A DNA stretch of 64,000 nucleotides from the NCBI RefSeq assembly GCF_044324875.1, contig NZ_CP172185.1; one strand, written 5' to 3'. The notes under the pieces were generated by a model that saw only the letters and a list, made by a program, of their open reading frames with translations, was not told the DNA's origin and searched no databases. Of the stretch, positions 38,210 to 47,640 are shown in pieces (positions within the stretch are counted from its first letter, which is position 1; the number at the start of each line of letters is the position of its first letter). The DNA comes from Escherichia coli (GTDB lineage Bacteria; Pseudomonadota; Gammaproteobacteria; Enterobacterales; Enterobacteriaceae). The position numbers and the translations under genes were made by a program.

Positions 38210-39187
38210 ATGGCTGAATGGTGCAGAAATCGTTTTGAAATCACCGGTAAGTCAGTCTGTCTTGACGTACTGATTCAGTGGATTGAAGGGAATGATGCCC
38301 CCCGGTACCGTCATGCGATCCAGCAGAGCATACTGCTGTTTCTTGCAGGCTGTGCGGGGATACTGAAACCGGTAAGAACGGTGTCATATCCGCCTTATCC
38401 CGGGCTGGTCAGTCACGGTGCCGGCTCAACAACTGTAGCCAGTCAGGCGTTTGAACAATGGCTGGGATTACTGACCAGGGATGCCTTCCTTGATCACGAG
38501 ACGGTGAAGACAATAGATCGTCTTTATCATCAGACAGGGACAGGCGCTATCCGGTGGAGTAATCTGCCTGATACGGCGAAGGAGATAATCGGTGGTGTGC
38601 TTGCACAACAATATGCTGACTGGTTTGGCGTGGCGGATGTGTATGAACGCCCTGATAACGCCTTTCTCTGGGAGTCGTTGTTAACATTTGCGGAGTATTC
38701 GCAACCCTGTGATATGCTGCAGGTGATGCCAACACGACTGGCCACGGAGCTGAACGGAAGTGGTGGTTTGCTGAAAGGCACCGGAACGACCCGCAGTTTT
38801 TACTGCCGCCAGTTTGGTATGGAGTACCCACTGGGGCAGAATGTCCGGTGGAAACGAACCGGGCTGAGTACGTTGATACTGGAGTTTGATACCATCTGGT
38901 GTCCGCCTTCAGGTGTACTGGTGGGGGAGATTTCGGCAGTGTTTGACTGTGAGGTCCGTCACTGGTACAGCGAGCCGAAGAACGGAATCAGAGGCTATGA
39001 CTGTTATGATGGTGGTGAACATACGGACAGCAATATGGAAGCCGAATGGCCACACTCTGACGATGAGGGGGAGGTCGCGGAGCATGAGCAGCCACAACTC
39101 TGTCTGATCAGGGACACGCAGCCAGGTGAACGCGTCATGGCATTAGCATCAGTCGAGTCCCCGGGGCCAGTAGTAAAAATAGTGTAA
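38210..39187 (+). CDS. hypothetical protein (gene 4)
   Basis: AGGAG RBS; 325 aa, acidic C-terminus. Confidence 0.35.
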   Translation: MAEWCRNRFEITGKSVCLDVLIQWIEGNDAPRYRHAIQQSILLFLAGCAGILKPVRTVSYPPYPGLVSHGAGSTTVASQAFEQWLGLLTRDAFLDHETVKTIDRLYHQTGTGAIRWSNLPDTAKEIIGGVLAQQYADWFGVADVYERPDNAFLWESLLTFAEYSQPCDMLQVMPTRLATELNGSGGLLKGTGTTRSFYCRQFGMEYPLGQNVRWKRTGLSTLILEFDTIWCPPSGVLVGEISAVFDCEVRHWYSEPKNGIRGYDCYDGGEHTDSNMEAEWPHSDDEGEVAEHEQPQLCLIRDTQPGERVMALASVESPGPVVKIV

Positions 39188-39196
39188 TGAAACAAT

Positions 39197-39221
39197 GCGC
39201 CACATTTTGTGGCGCTTTTTT
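39197..39221 (+). terminator. rho-independent terminator
   Basis: GCGCCACA tttt GTGGCGC followed by T6. Confidence 0.55.
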
Positions 39222-39268
39222 AATAAATCAGTGATGGCAGAGTTGTTATTGTAAATAACTCTCCGTGT

Positions 39269-42184
39269 TTACTGAGTCAGTTTTTTTATCAGGTCGTGAA
39301 TTTTATCACCTGAAAACTGGGTCATGAAAGTTATCTTTATGGATTTACTGATTTGTTCGAAGAGTTTCTGTGCATGTTTTATTTTATCGCGTTCTTCATG
39401 TCTGAGTTCACGTTTGCCATCAACATTTTTGGTTTCAATAATAAGGTTCAGATAATCACCCTTTGACGTGTTTACAACATAAGCGAAGTCAGGGGAGTAA
39501 GTGTATCCTCCCGCTACAGGAATTTTTATTGAATTTTTGGGGATCTTTGTGAAGACAATGACTGACCTGACCTCACCCTCTGTCATATTGAGTTTTTCAA
39601 GTTCTGAATCATAAAATACTTCTTCAAAAAGATAAGAGTCCAGTGGAGGGCTTGTATTATCCTGTAAAACGCCAAGATCACTTGACAATACATCAGCAAG
39701 ATAACCGCCGTCTGCATTGGTGAATTTCGTGGGATGGACAGTTCCTGATATTACATTATACCCAAGGCTGAATTTACTGAACGAGTTATTAAGCAAATAC
39801 TTGCTGAAACCAGATTTAATTTTTCTGATTGTCTGAATGTTAAGGTATTCAGTTATATTTATGATGTCTTTTATATCACAAAAAACCTTATGCATGGTGT
39901 CATGTTTGACAAAAATAGTCTGTGATAATTTATCAAGGAATTCACGATAGCTCATTGTGTTTATTTTGTGAAAATTATCCTCATCAACACTGAGAATGCT
40001 TTTCGACATTGCCGTATCATTATGGATATAAATTCTTTCAATACGAGTATGAGCACCGGATTTGGTAAATCTGTCTGCTTCTTCCAGCATAAACGCTCTG
40101 AAAAGGGATAAAAACTCACGTTCACTTTTTATTTTATACTCAATCACGACCTTTTGATTGATCAAGTCCCATAGTTCTTTCAGCTCACTGAACTTACCAA
40201 CACGCATTTTAGTGCGTCTTTTTCCATCAGAGGCTTTTTTTATTTTGCCTGGTTTCACTCCTGCAGGAAATGCTGCCGGATATCTGGCTTTTAAGCGGCT
40301 ATAGGCATCTGAATCTTTGAAGTTATCATTATCATCAATGATCTCATCATCAAAAATTTCATTCAAGAGTGTTCTGGAGGAAAGCTCCGGATATTGAGAC
40401 AGGATTTTATCCTTAAGTTCCTGAGTAAACTTACCTGGAACAGTCTCTTTGAAAGAACTATCGTTGATCTCTTTGACAAGAGAATCGACAAAATCTTTTT
40501 CTGTAAAATCAACATAATAGTTGAGGGTAAAATTGCGGTCTTTCACACGACACATGTATTCATTCACCGGAAGACGTAAACCACGCCCTACTTCCTGAAG
40601 TTTAGATGTGGTGCTACCGCTCGAACGGAGCTTACAAATCTGAAAGACATTTGGGTTATCCCATCCCTCACGCAACGTCCATTTAGAGAAAATGAAACGG
40701 CGAGGATTTTCTAAAGACAATAGAAGCTCTTTATCATGAAGGATTTCGTTGATTTCCTGCTCAATTTTATCATCTTTATCACTATTATCTTTTGAAAAAT
40801 AACCACCATGAACAGAAGATATATCCTTAACAGTTTTTTCAAGGTAGTTTCTGTAAAACTCATCTTTTTCTGTTTTTAACAGTTCATTTGCTTCTGCCAA
40901 AACGTATTCTTCGAACTTAGTTTTCAGGCTTCCTGCAATATCATTACCATCACGATAGCCTTCAATGTCATCAATGAAGAAAAGAGTAAGAGGTTTTATG
41001 CGTGGCCTTTGTGTCAGATACTCTTTTTCTAACTTAAAGTGTTCTTTGACAGCTTTACGTATCATGTTATCAGCAAGTGTCTGATCGTAAGAATAGGGGT
41101 TTATCGAACTACCAATTTTTAGCTCAATACCATTACTCAACACTGCTGTATTCTTATTTAAAGCATCAAGAGTTAAATCATGGATCGCACTATGCGTCTT
41201 AGATAGTGATTCACCTTTGGCTAACTTAAAAATTTTTTTATTATTATTTTCGTTCAGTTCAAATGTAGCTTCTTTTCCGTCAGATTTGACCAACTTGAGG
41301 TTGGCATTACCATCACCAACTATATCCTCAATGTATGCATCAATACCTTTAACAAGATCTTCATTGAAGGCATCTACGGCTGTAAGACGATAAACTAAGT
41401 TCTTATATCCTTCACTAAAGGTTGCACCATAGCGGATGATATATTGGGCATTAAATTTTTGAATATGTTCCCATGTCTTTTTACCAGTAGGAAATTTATG
41501 AGGCTCATCAATGATAATGAATGGTTTTATCGCACTAAGTGCAGAAAATGGGGTATCAAACTGATTATTAAGCAAGCCAACATCATAAGTGTCAGTTAAA
41601 GACTTAGAGTTAATCATCCCTGAATTGATCACAAGAATGTGTATATATTTCTTATTGAAATTACTTGCTTCAACAAAATCATGGATAGCTTGAGGCATAT
41701 ACGATTTTGTATTTTTACCCGAACGTTTCTGACTTTCAACAACGTAAGTCTTTAGTTCACGCTCGTAATCATCTCGAAAGTGTTCTTTTATAGCATCGCT
41801 TTTTAAAAAGTTAACGGTTCCGGCTTTGATCGATAGGGTAGGAACAATGATGATAAACTTGTTAATACCAAATGATTTGTTCAGGTCAAAAATTGTTTTG
41901 GTGTAAGTATAAGTTTTACCTGTACCTGTCTCCATAGAAACATCAATTACGTTGCTTTTAGCATCGTAATTATCTTTTGAGTGCTCAATACCATTGAACT
42001 CCTGAACATTTTTTATGTTGTTGTAGTATTGTTGTTCAGATAGATTCAGTTCTGGATTAGCTAACAGGCGAATTGCAACATGATCCGTCTGATGAGGTAT
42101 GGCGGATACAAAGACATTCATTACCGAATCAACGCCAGCCTTTTGATGAGGTAAATTTTTTTCGAATGTGAACCCTTTAGACAT
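39269..42184 (-). CDS. res: Type III restriction enzyme, Res subunit
   Basis: 971 aa; Walker A METGTGKT; DEAH-like IIIDEPH; immediately downstream of mod. Confidence 0.8.
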   Translation of the reverse strand: MSKGFTFEKNLPHQKAGVDSVMNVFVSAIPHQTDHVAIRLLANPELNLSEQQYYNNIKNVQEFNGIEHSKDNYDAKSNVIDVSMETGTGKTYTYTKTIFDLNKSFGINKFIIIVPTLSIKAGTVNFLKSDAIKEHFRDDYERELKTYVVESQKRSGKNTKSYMPQAIHDFVEASNFNKKYIHILVINSGMINSKSLTDTYDVGLLNNQFDTPFSALSAIKPFIIIDEPHKFPTGKKTWEHIQKFNAQYIIRYGATFSEGYKNLVYRLTAVDAFNEDLVKGIDAYIEDIVGDGNANLKLVKSDGKEATFELNENNNKKIFKLAKGESLSKTHSAIHDLTLDALNKNTAVLSNGIELKIGSSINPYSYDQTLADNMIRKAVKEHFKLEKEYLTQRPRIKPLTLFFIDDIEGYRDGNDIAGSLKTKFEEYVLAEANELLKTEKDEFYRNYLEKTVKDISSVHGGYFSKDNSDKDDKIEQEINEILHDKELLLSLENPRRFIFSKWTLREGWDNPNVFQICKLRSSGSTTSKLQEVGRGLRLPVNEYMCRVKDRNFTLNYYVDFTEKDFVDSLVKEINDSSFKETVPGKFTQELKDKILSQYPELSSRTLLNEIFDDEIIDDNDNFKDSDAYSRLKARYPAAFPAGVKPGKIKKASDGKRRTKMRVGKFSELKELWDLINQKVVIEYKIKSEREFLSLFRAFMLEEADRFTKSGAHTRIERIYIHNDTAMSKSILSVDEDNFHKINTMSYREFLDKLSQTIFVKHDTMHKVFCDIKDIINITEYLNIQTIRKIKSGFSKYLLNNSFSKFSLGYNVISGTVHPTKFTNADGGYLADVLSSDLGVLQDNTSPPLDSYLFEEVFYDSELEKLNMTEGEVRSVIVFTKIPKNSIKIPVAGGYTYSPDFAYVVNTSKGDYLNLIIETKNVDGKRELRHEERDKIKHAQKLFEQISKSIKITFMTQFSGDKIHDLIKKLTQ

Positions 42185-42186
42185 GA

Positions 42187-44223
42187 TTAGTTTCTTACCA
42201 CCAAATCTAAATCAATAGATTTTTTATTAGCATAACTTTTTAGTGCTTCATTGAGTTCCATCTGTTTCGCACTTTCGAAGTTGCTGCCATAAAATACAAC
42301 TTTGTTAGGGGCAAAGTCTTTGTCTGCATCCAGCTTTTGAAGTAAAGCTTTCAAAGCCTCACTTGTGAAATTAGGCGCAATTAGATATAGCCGACCATCG
42401 CACAAGTGTGCTTTGTAGCCATTAAGGTCAATATCTTCAATTGGTGTTGTTAGCAAGCTGCCATCATACACGCACCATGTCGTCAATAGAGTGTCATACT
42501 GCTCTGGTGTCAATACAGCATCGTCAAAGAAACTAAGATTAGAAAGCGTAAGTTCAGACTCATCTTTCACTCGAAAATTATGAACTGTTTCAAATATTTT
42601 AAATCCCAAATCTCCATTATAATTAGGATTATCTTTTTTCAGCTTTTTTCCTGCCTTAATAATTCTGTCTTTTGTTATATTGAAGATGGATTTATACCCT
42701 TCTTTATAGGCTTGTTTCTTTTTATCTGTTTCTTCATCTAATTGAACACAGATGAAGTTTCTTTTCCTGCCGTCTTCAATATTTAACTCCAGAATACCAT
42801 GAGCTGTAGTTCCAGAGCCAGCAAAAAAGTCAAGATAAATGTCTTTATCTTCGGTTTTTACTGAACCAAATAGTGTTTTTATTAAACTTGTTGGCTTCGG
42901 GTAGGAGAAATATCCTTTCCCACCAAAAAGATTTTCAACCTCAACACCACCATCACTTTTAGTTGAAATAATTGATCTTAGTAAAAACTCTTCAACTTCA
43001 TCTAAAAATTTAACCGAACTGGGTTGGGTGTTTTCTGTACTGGCAAACCAAATTCCACCACAAATAACGCTACCATCATGTAGTTTTTTGATATCTGCAT
43101 ACTTTCCATCTATTCTTTTTGCAATATGATTAAAAGTGCCTTCTTTCCAACGCCAGCCTCTGTCTGGGATTTTGACAGGGTTATTAGTCAAAGGGTGCAA
43201 TACTTCATACGTGGGTCCAAATGAATCTGCATTAGGCCAGCTCATATTAATTTTACCCCATGGCCTATAATCTTCGTTCAAACAGTTGTAAAGAGTAATT
43301 CCACGATCATATCCGTTGGAGCTGTAGAATTTTTTGAGTTGCTGCTCTGCTTTATCTAATGGCACCTTCTCCTTTTTTAACTTTTCAATAAACTGATATA
43401 CATCATCAATACCATCTTTCCGCATTAAAAATTCTTTACTTATTTCGTTATTCTTCGCATAAGCAAGGATGTACTCATGGATATTACCAATACCCTTATC
43501 ATTTTTAGGGATACGTTTATTCCATACAATATTTTCTATGAAATTTGCTTCGCCAAAAATTTCATCACAAATAGTTTTAAGTTGATTTAATTCATTTTCG
43601 TCAATCGAAATAAATATCACACCATCTTCACGTAGAAGCTCACGAGCAATATATAAACGAGGATAAATGAACGTTAACCATGCGCTATGGCTGCTTGAAC
43701 CATTCGTGGTAAATTCAAGTATACGTTTAGCCTCATCAAGATCGATACCTGCCAGATCAGAAAGCTGTTCAGGTGTAAACTTGCGATCATCGTTATAGGC
43801 GAATCCATCCTTACCTGTATTGTATGGTGGATCAATGTAAATCATCTTCACCTTTTCAGAGTAAGCATTAACCATATGCTTCAATACTTCGAGGTTATCC
43901 CCTTTGATTAACAGATTCTGACTGTTTTTGTTCTCTTCACGTTGGTTATGGTCTTTATCTTCGGAGAGTAATGTCTTCGGCGGCAAGTTAGCTAACAGAC
44001 GGGCATAGGATTTACCAAGCCAGTTCAGGCTGTATGATTCTTTGGAGAGTTCAACATCCGATGATTTGACGATTTCAAGCAATTTTTCCTGAATGAACGC
44101 TCCATTTTTATCAAAACACTGTGGAAAGTTAGCCTTTAAAATCGCAAGCTGTTTACTGTTTGTGGTTTCAGTTTCAGAGAAAAGAGTTTCTTTTTTCAGT
44201 TGAAATTGGGGTTGTGTATTCAT
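42187..44223 (-). CDS. mod: Type III restriction-modification methyltransferase, Mod subunit
   Basis: 678 aa; DPPY motif (IYIDPPYNTG); AdoMet motif FFAGSGTT; GGAGG RBS. Confidence 0.8.
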   Translation of the reverse strand: MNTQPQFQLKKETLFSETETTNSKQLAILKANFPQCFDKNGAFIQEKLLEIVKSSDVELSKESYSLNWLGKSYARLLANLPPKTLLSEDKDHNQREENKNSQNLLIKGDNLEVLKHMVNAYSEKVKMIYIDPPYNTGKDGFAYNDDRKFTPEQLSDLAGIDLDEAKRILEFTTNGSSSHSAWLTFIYPRLYIARELLREDGVIFISIDENELNQLKTICDEIFGEANFIENIVWNKRIPKNDKGIGNIHEYILAYAKNNEISKEFLMRKDGIDDVYQFIEKLKKEKVPLDKAEQQLKKFYSSNGYDRGITLYNCLNEDYRPWGKINMSWPNADSFGPTYEVLHPLTNNPVKIPDRGWRWKEGTFNHIAKRIDGKYADIKKLHDGSVICGGIWFASTENTQPSSVKFLDEVEEFLLRSIISTKSDGGVEVENLFGGKGYFSYPKPTSLIKTLFGSVKTEDKDIYLDFFAGSGTTAHGILELNIEDGRKRNFICVQLDEETDKKKQAYKEGYKSIFNITKDRIIKAGKKLKKDNPNYNGDLGFKIFETVHNFRVKDESELTLSNLSFFDDAVLTPEQYDTLLTTWCVYDGSLLTTPIEDIDLNGYKAHLCDGRLYLIAPNFTSEALKALLQKLDADKDFAPNKVVFYGSNFESAKQMELNEALKSYANKKSIDLDLVVRN

Positions 44224-44432
44224 AACGCACCTCCAGAATGCACGGAGGTACTTGACGCGGAATTTTTATACAGGCATATTGTTGCGTTGCGTTGCGTTGC
44301 GTTGCGTTGCGTTGCGTTGCGTTTCGTTGCGTTGCGTTGCGTTGCGTTGCGTTGCGTTGCGTTGCGTTGCGTTGCGTTGCGTTGCGTTGCGTTGCGTTGC
44401 GTTGCGTTGCGTTGCGTTGCGTTGCGTTTCAT
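44220..44432 (-). CDS. repeat-encoded leader ORF (QRNAT)n overlapping mod start
   Basis: ATG at 44432 followed by the 5-mer tract; TGA overlaps mod ATG as ATGA. Confidence 0.35.
   Translation of the reverse strand: MKRNATQRNATQRNATQRNATQRNATQRNATQRNATKRNATQRNATQRNATICLYKNSASSTSVHSGGAL
44281..44425. repeat. pentanucleotide microsatellite (GTTGC)x29; GCAAC on mod strand
   Basis: 29 tandem units with one GTTTC variant. Confidence 0.9.
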
Positions 44433-44514
44433 TAAATAGCCTCGAGTTTCGTTTTACAGGTTTTTATTCTAACCTGAATTGTTGATTTTCTGAATAAGTC
44501 TGACGTCAGTTGTT

Positions 44515-44680
44515 ACGGGAAGGTATCAGAGTGGCTAGATGCACTGTGGCACGTCTCATGGCGGTTATGGGGCTTGCCGGCGTTCTCCGGGGGGTAAAGC
44601 TCCGTGCTACTGTCACCTGGAACGCCGTTGCCGCAGGCGACCGCGTAAACCGTCTGTACCGCCCGGGCCCAATATTAAGA
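44515..44680 (+). pseudogene. IS3-family (IS629-like) transposase OrfB N-terminal fragment
   Basis: GIRVARCTVARLMAVMGLAGVLRG... resembles IS3-family OrfB; no start or DDE core. Confidence 0.35.
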
Positions 44681-44709
44681 ACTAACGTCATACCAGGGAC
44701 GTTGTCTGA

Positions 44710-45723
44710 ATGGATGAGAAGCTAAAACATGCGGATTTATCGTCTTTGCCAGAGCAGGTGAGGGTTGCCGCTAGGGAGCTTGTTGACCTGAAGTTTCGTA
44801 TCGATATGGCAGCAAGAGGCGGTACGTCAGGGATACCACTTGACCTGCATGGGAGGATGACAGGAGGAGAATGGGGGCCGCATTGCGGGCTGGAATTTTT
44901 CTGCAGCATCATTCCTTTTTTCCCGCGAGATTTTGAAACCTGTTCAGTAACTGAAATGTTGGTTCCTACCTTACATACCTTCGGCTGCAACTGGCGTTGG
45001 TGGCCCGATCGTTATTGTAGCGACAAAGATGAACACTATATACGGCGTCACATTTTTTCTGATTACGGGCTGAAAAGTACGAGCTATACCTTCATTCCTC
45101 AGTTGGGATTGTTCTGCCCGAGTGAAGGTAAAAATCGTGTTAACTTCTGCCGCCATCACGGTATCGAATATATCCCCGCACAGGTTTATTCCCATGATTA
45201 CCCAGAAGCAAATCGAATCTCTGTGTACGTTCAGGATACTGCCGGAGGGCTGGATGTGTGGGCCGTTCTTGATAATCGCTATGTTCAGAAGGTTACTCAC
45301 TATGCCTTTGCGCTCCCACTTTTGTGCGCTTATGGGGTAGAGTTCCCAGGTAAGTGGCCAGCAGGATGGCCATCGATATCGGACCTCCTGGCTAATCAAC
45401 TGTGTTGCACTGATGACACAACCTTTCATAAACCCGTGATCGATATGCAAGCTGTCAGGGATACGCTGGATCGTGATGAGAACAGCAGAGAGGATGGGGA
45501 GATGTATGTCAAAACCAATGTGGTTGAGCTGCCGCTGGCCGGGCTGGTTCGCTTCATTCTGATCGCAATGTTACTGAGTTTAGGTGCGTTGTTCATCCAC
45601 GAGGTACTGGATGAGGGAAGCCTGTCCAGGATTGCACTGGGAATAAGCACTTTCACGGCTGGCGTGGTTGCTTCGTTTTTTATCCCAGCGTTCCGTATCA
45701 AGAAAAAATATCTTCGCAAATAG
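44710..45723 (+). CDS. hypothetical protein with C-terminal membrane anchor
   Basis: 337 aa, Cys/Trp/His-rich domain then two hydrophobic helices. Confidence 0.4.
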   Translation: MDEKLKHADLSSLPEQVRVAARELVDLKFRIDMAARGGTSGIPLDLHGRMTGGEWGPHCGLEFFCSIIPFFPRDFETCSVTEMLVPTLHTFGCNWRWWPDRYCSDKDEHYIRRHIFSDYGLKSTSYTFIPQLGLFCPSEGKNRVNFCRHHGIEYIPAQVYSHDYPEANRISVYVQDTAGGLDVWAVLDNRYVQKVTHYAFALPLLCAYGVEFPGKWPAGWPSISDLLANQLCCTDDTTFHKPVIDMQAVRDTLDRDENSREDGEMYVKTNVVELPLAGLVRFILIAMLLSLGALFIHEVLDEGSLSRIALGISTFTAGVVASFFIPAFRIKKKYLRK

Positions 45724-45739
45724 TTGTGGCATTTCTTGA

Positions 45740-45993
45740 ACACTTTTTCGAGACAGGTTCAACCGCAGGCATTCAGGCCAAACATGCGGTTAAACTACGT
45801 ATTCAATTAACTGCCCTAAATATGGCTAAGCGCCCGGACGATATGTCTGTCTGCACCTAGGTGGAAATTACACCCTCTAAAGGGAGCTGATCTTAGAGGT
45901 CATTGGGAAATATCAGTAAACTCTAACTGGCGAATTACCTTTCGATTTGAAGGCGAAGACGCAATTCTGGTTGACTATCAGGATTATCATTGA
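45740..45993 (+). pseudogene. HigB-like (RelE/killer family) toxin gene, frameshifted
   Basis: C-terminus KLHPLKGADLRGHWEISVNSNWRITFRFEGEDAILVDYQDYH; N-part in another frame ending TAG near 45858. Confidence 0.45.
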
Positions 45994-46001
45994 GGGATAA
46001 C

Positions 46002-46746
46002 TGAACCGCCCCGGGAATCCTGGAGACTAAACTCCCTGATAAAGAGGTAAACAGAATGACTAAAAATACTCGTTTTTCCCCCGAAGTCCGTCAGAGGGCG
46101 ATTCGTATGGTTCTGGAAAGTCAGGGCGAATATGACTCACAGTGGGCGGCAATTTGTTCCATTGCCCCAAAGATTGGCTGTACACCGGAGACTCTGCGTG
46201 TCTGGGTACGCCAGCATGAGCGGGATACCGGAGGCGGTGATGGCGGGCTCACCACCGCTGAACGTCAGCGTCTGAAAGAGCTGGAACGTGAAAATCGTGA
46301 ACTGCGCCGCATCGTCTATGGAAACGACATTCGTGCTGGATGCTCTGGAGCAGGCGTTATGGGCCCGTCGACCGTCCGGCACAGTCCATCACAGTGATAA
46401 AGGTTCTCAGTATGTATCGCTGGCCTACACACAGCGGCTTAAGGAAGCCGGATTACTGGCATCAACAGGAAGTACTGGTGACTCGTATGACAACGCGATG
46501 GCGGAGAGCATCAATGGCCTTTACAAAGCGGAGGTAATACACCGTAAGAGCTGGAAAAACCGGACAGAAGTGGAGCTGGCCACACTCACGTGGGTGGACT
46601 GGTATAACAATCGACGATTGCTGGAAAGGCTGGGCCATATCCCACCGGCAGAAGCAGAAAAAGCTTATTATGCTTCCATCGGAAACGATGATCTGGCAGC
46701 CTGAGTTCACAGATAAAACACTCTCCAGGAAACCCGGGGCGGTTCA
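46002..46746 (+). mobile_element. IS629-like (IS3 family) element with internal deletion
   Basis: terminal inverted repeats TGAACCGCCCCGGG...; OrfA 46056-46380 joined to OrfB C-terminus (to 46704); flanked by AAC/AAC. Confidence 0.6.
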
Positions 46747-46750
46747 AACT

Positions 46751-46959
46751 ATGAGTCGTATTCATAATCCCGCCACTCAGGCGCGGTTCTTCGTGAAGAT
46801 CTGGGAGATATGTCAGTCACAGACGCTGCCACCGCATTGGGCATTACTCGCACGGCGCTTTCCCGGATTCTGAACGAAAAAGCGGGTATTTCTGCGGATA
46901 TGGCGCTCCGTCTGGAATCAGCACTCGGAACCAGCGCCGAAATGTGGACAGGTATGTAA
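46751..46959 (+). pseudogene. HigA-like HTH antitoxin gene, frameshifted
   Basis: MSRIHNP... then frame switch to ...ALGITRTALSRILNEKAGISADMALRLESALGTSAEMW. Confidence 0.4.
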
Positions 46960-47159
46960 TCACAGTATGAGCTTTGGGTTGCTTCGCAAACTGCTCGCCC
47001 AAACATTCGCCCATTATTTCACCATGCCTGACATGCATTCCCCAACATTGGACGGGGAGCCGTCATGGAGGGGGCTACGCAGGAACCGCCGAAAGCACGC
47101 TGTTTTATATTTGTTTTATTGAATATAAGAGGAGGCCATAAAACGGCCCCCTTGTTTTT

Positions 47160-47480
47160 ATCAGAAAGAGTAACGGAAGCTGGCGTTCACCGCGTTATCC
47201 ACGTTGTACTTACCAAATGCCGATTTCTCAAACTCCAGACCAAAGCGGAGATTATCGCGAATTTCTGCATTCAGACCAACATTCATGAGCATACGTCCGT
47301 CTTTCTCGCCTTTGATGCGTTTTTCACCAGAGGCATCGCGCGGAACGGTTTCACTGTTTGCCAGAATGTCAAACTGGTAACCGAGGCCGGCACGGGCAGT
47401 GACTTTCCAGTCCTTACCAGAGAAGGTTTTACCGACATCGATACCGGTACGGCCAATCAGCGGGTTGAAGTCCTTTCTGG
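47160..47480 (-). pseudogene. outer-membrane beta-barrel protein gene fragment
   Basis: minus-strand reading ends ...NASFRYSF stop; no intact ORF. Confidence 0.3.
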
Positions 47481-47640
47481 TGTGAGAACCTTAAGGAAAT
47501 CGTCCGCAGCCCCATTACCGTCTTATATCACTGGCGCTGACATGTATTATCCGGGGAGTTAAGTCTGTCGATGTCCGACAGACTTTTGATAATGGAAACA
47601 ACATGCAGCGATAATGTGCATGCTGTTTTGCAGGTGGAAC

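Noticed and set aside
44252-44485. Plus-strand ORFs translating the pentamer tract (VALRC repeats)
   Set aside because: Repeat-generated frames on the non-coding strand; only the minus-strand leader ORF has a start context and stop/start overlap with mod.
47065-47562. 165-aa plus-strand ORF
   Set aside because: Antisense to a decayed outer-membrane protein gene remnant; no RBS.
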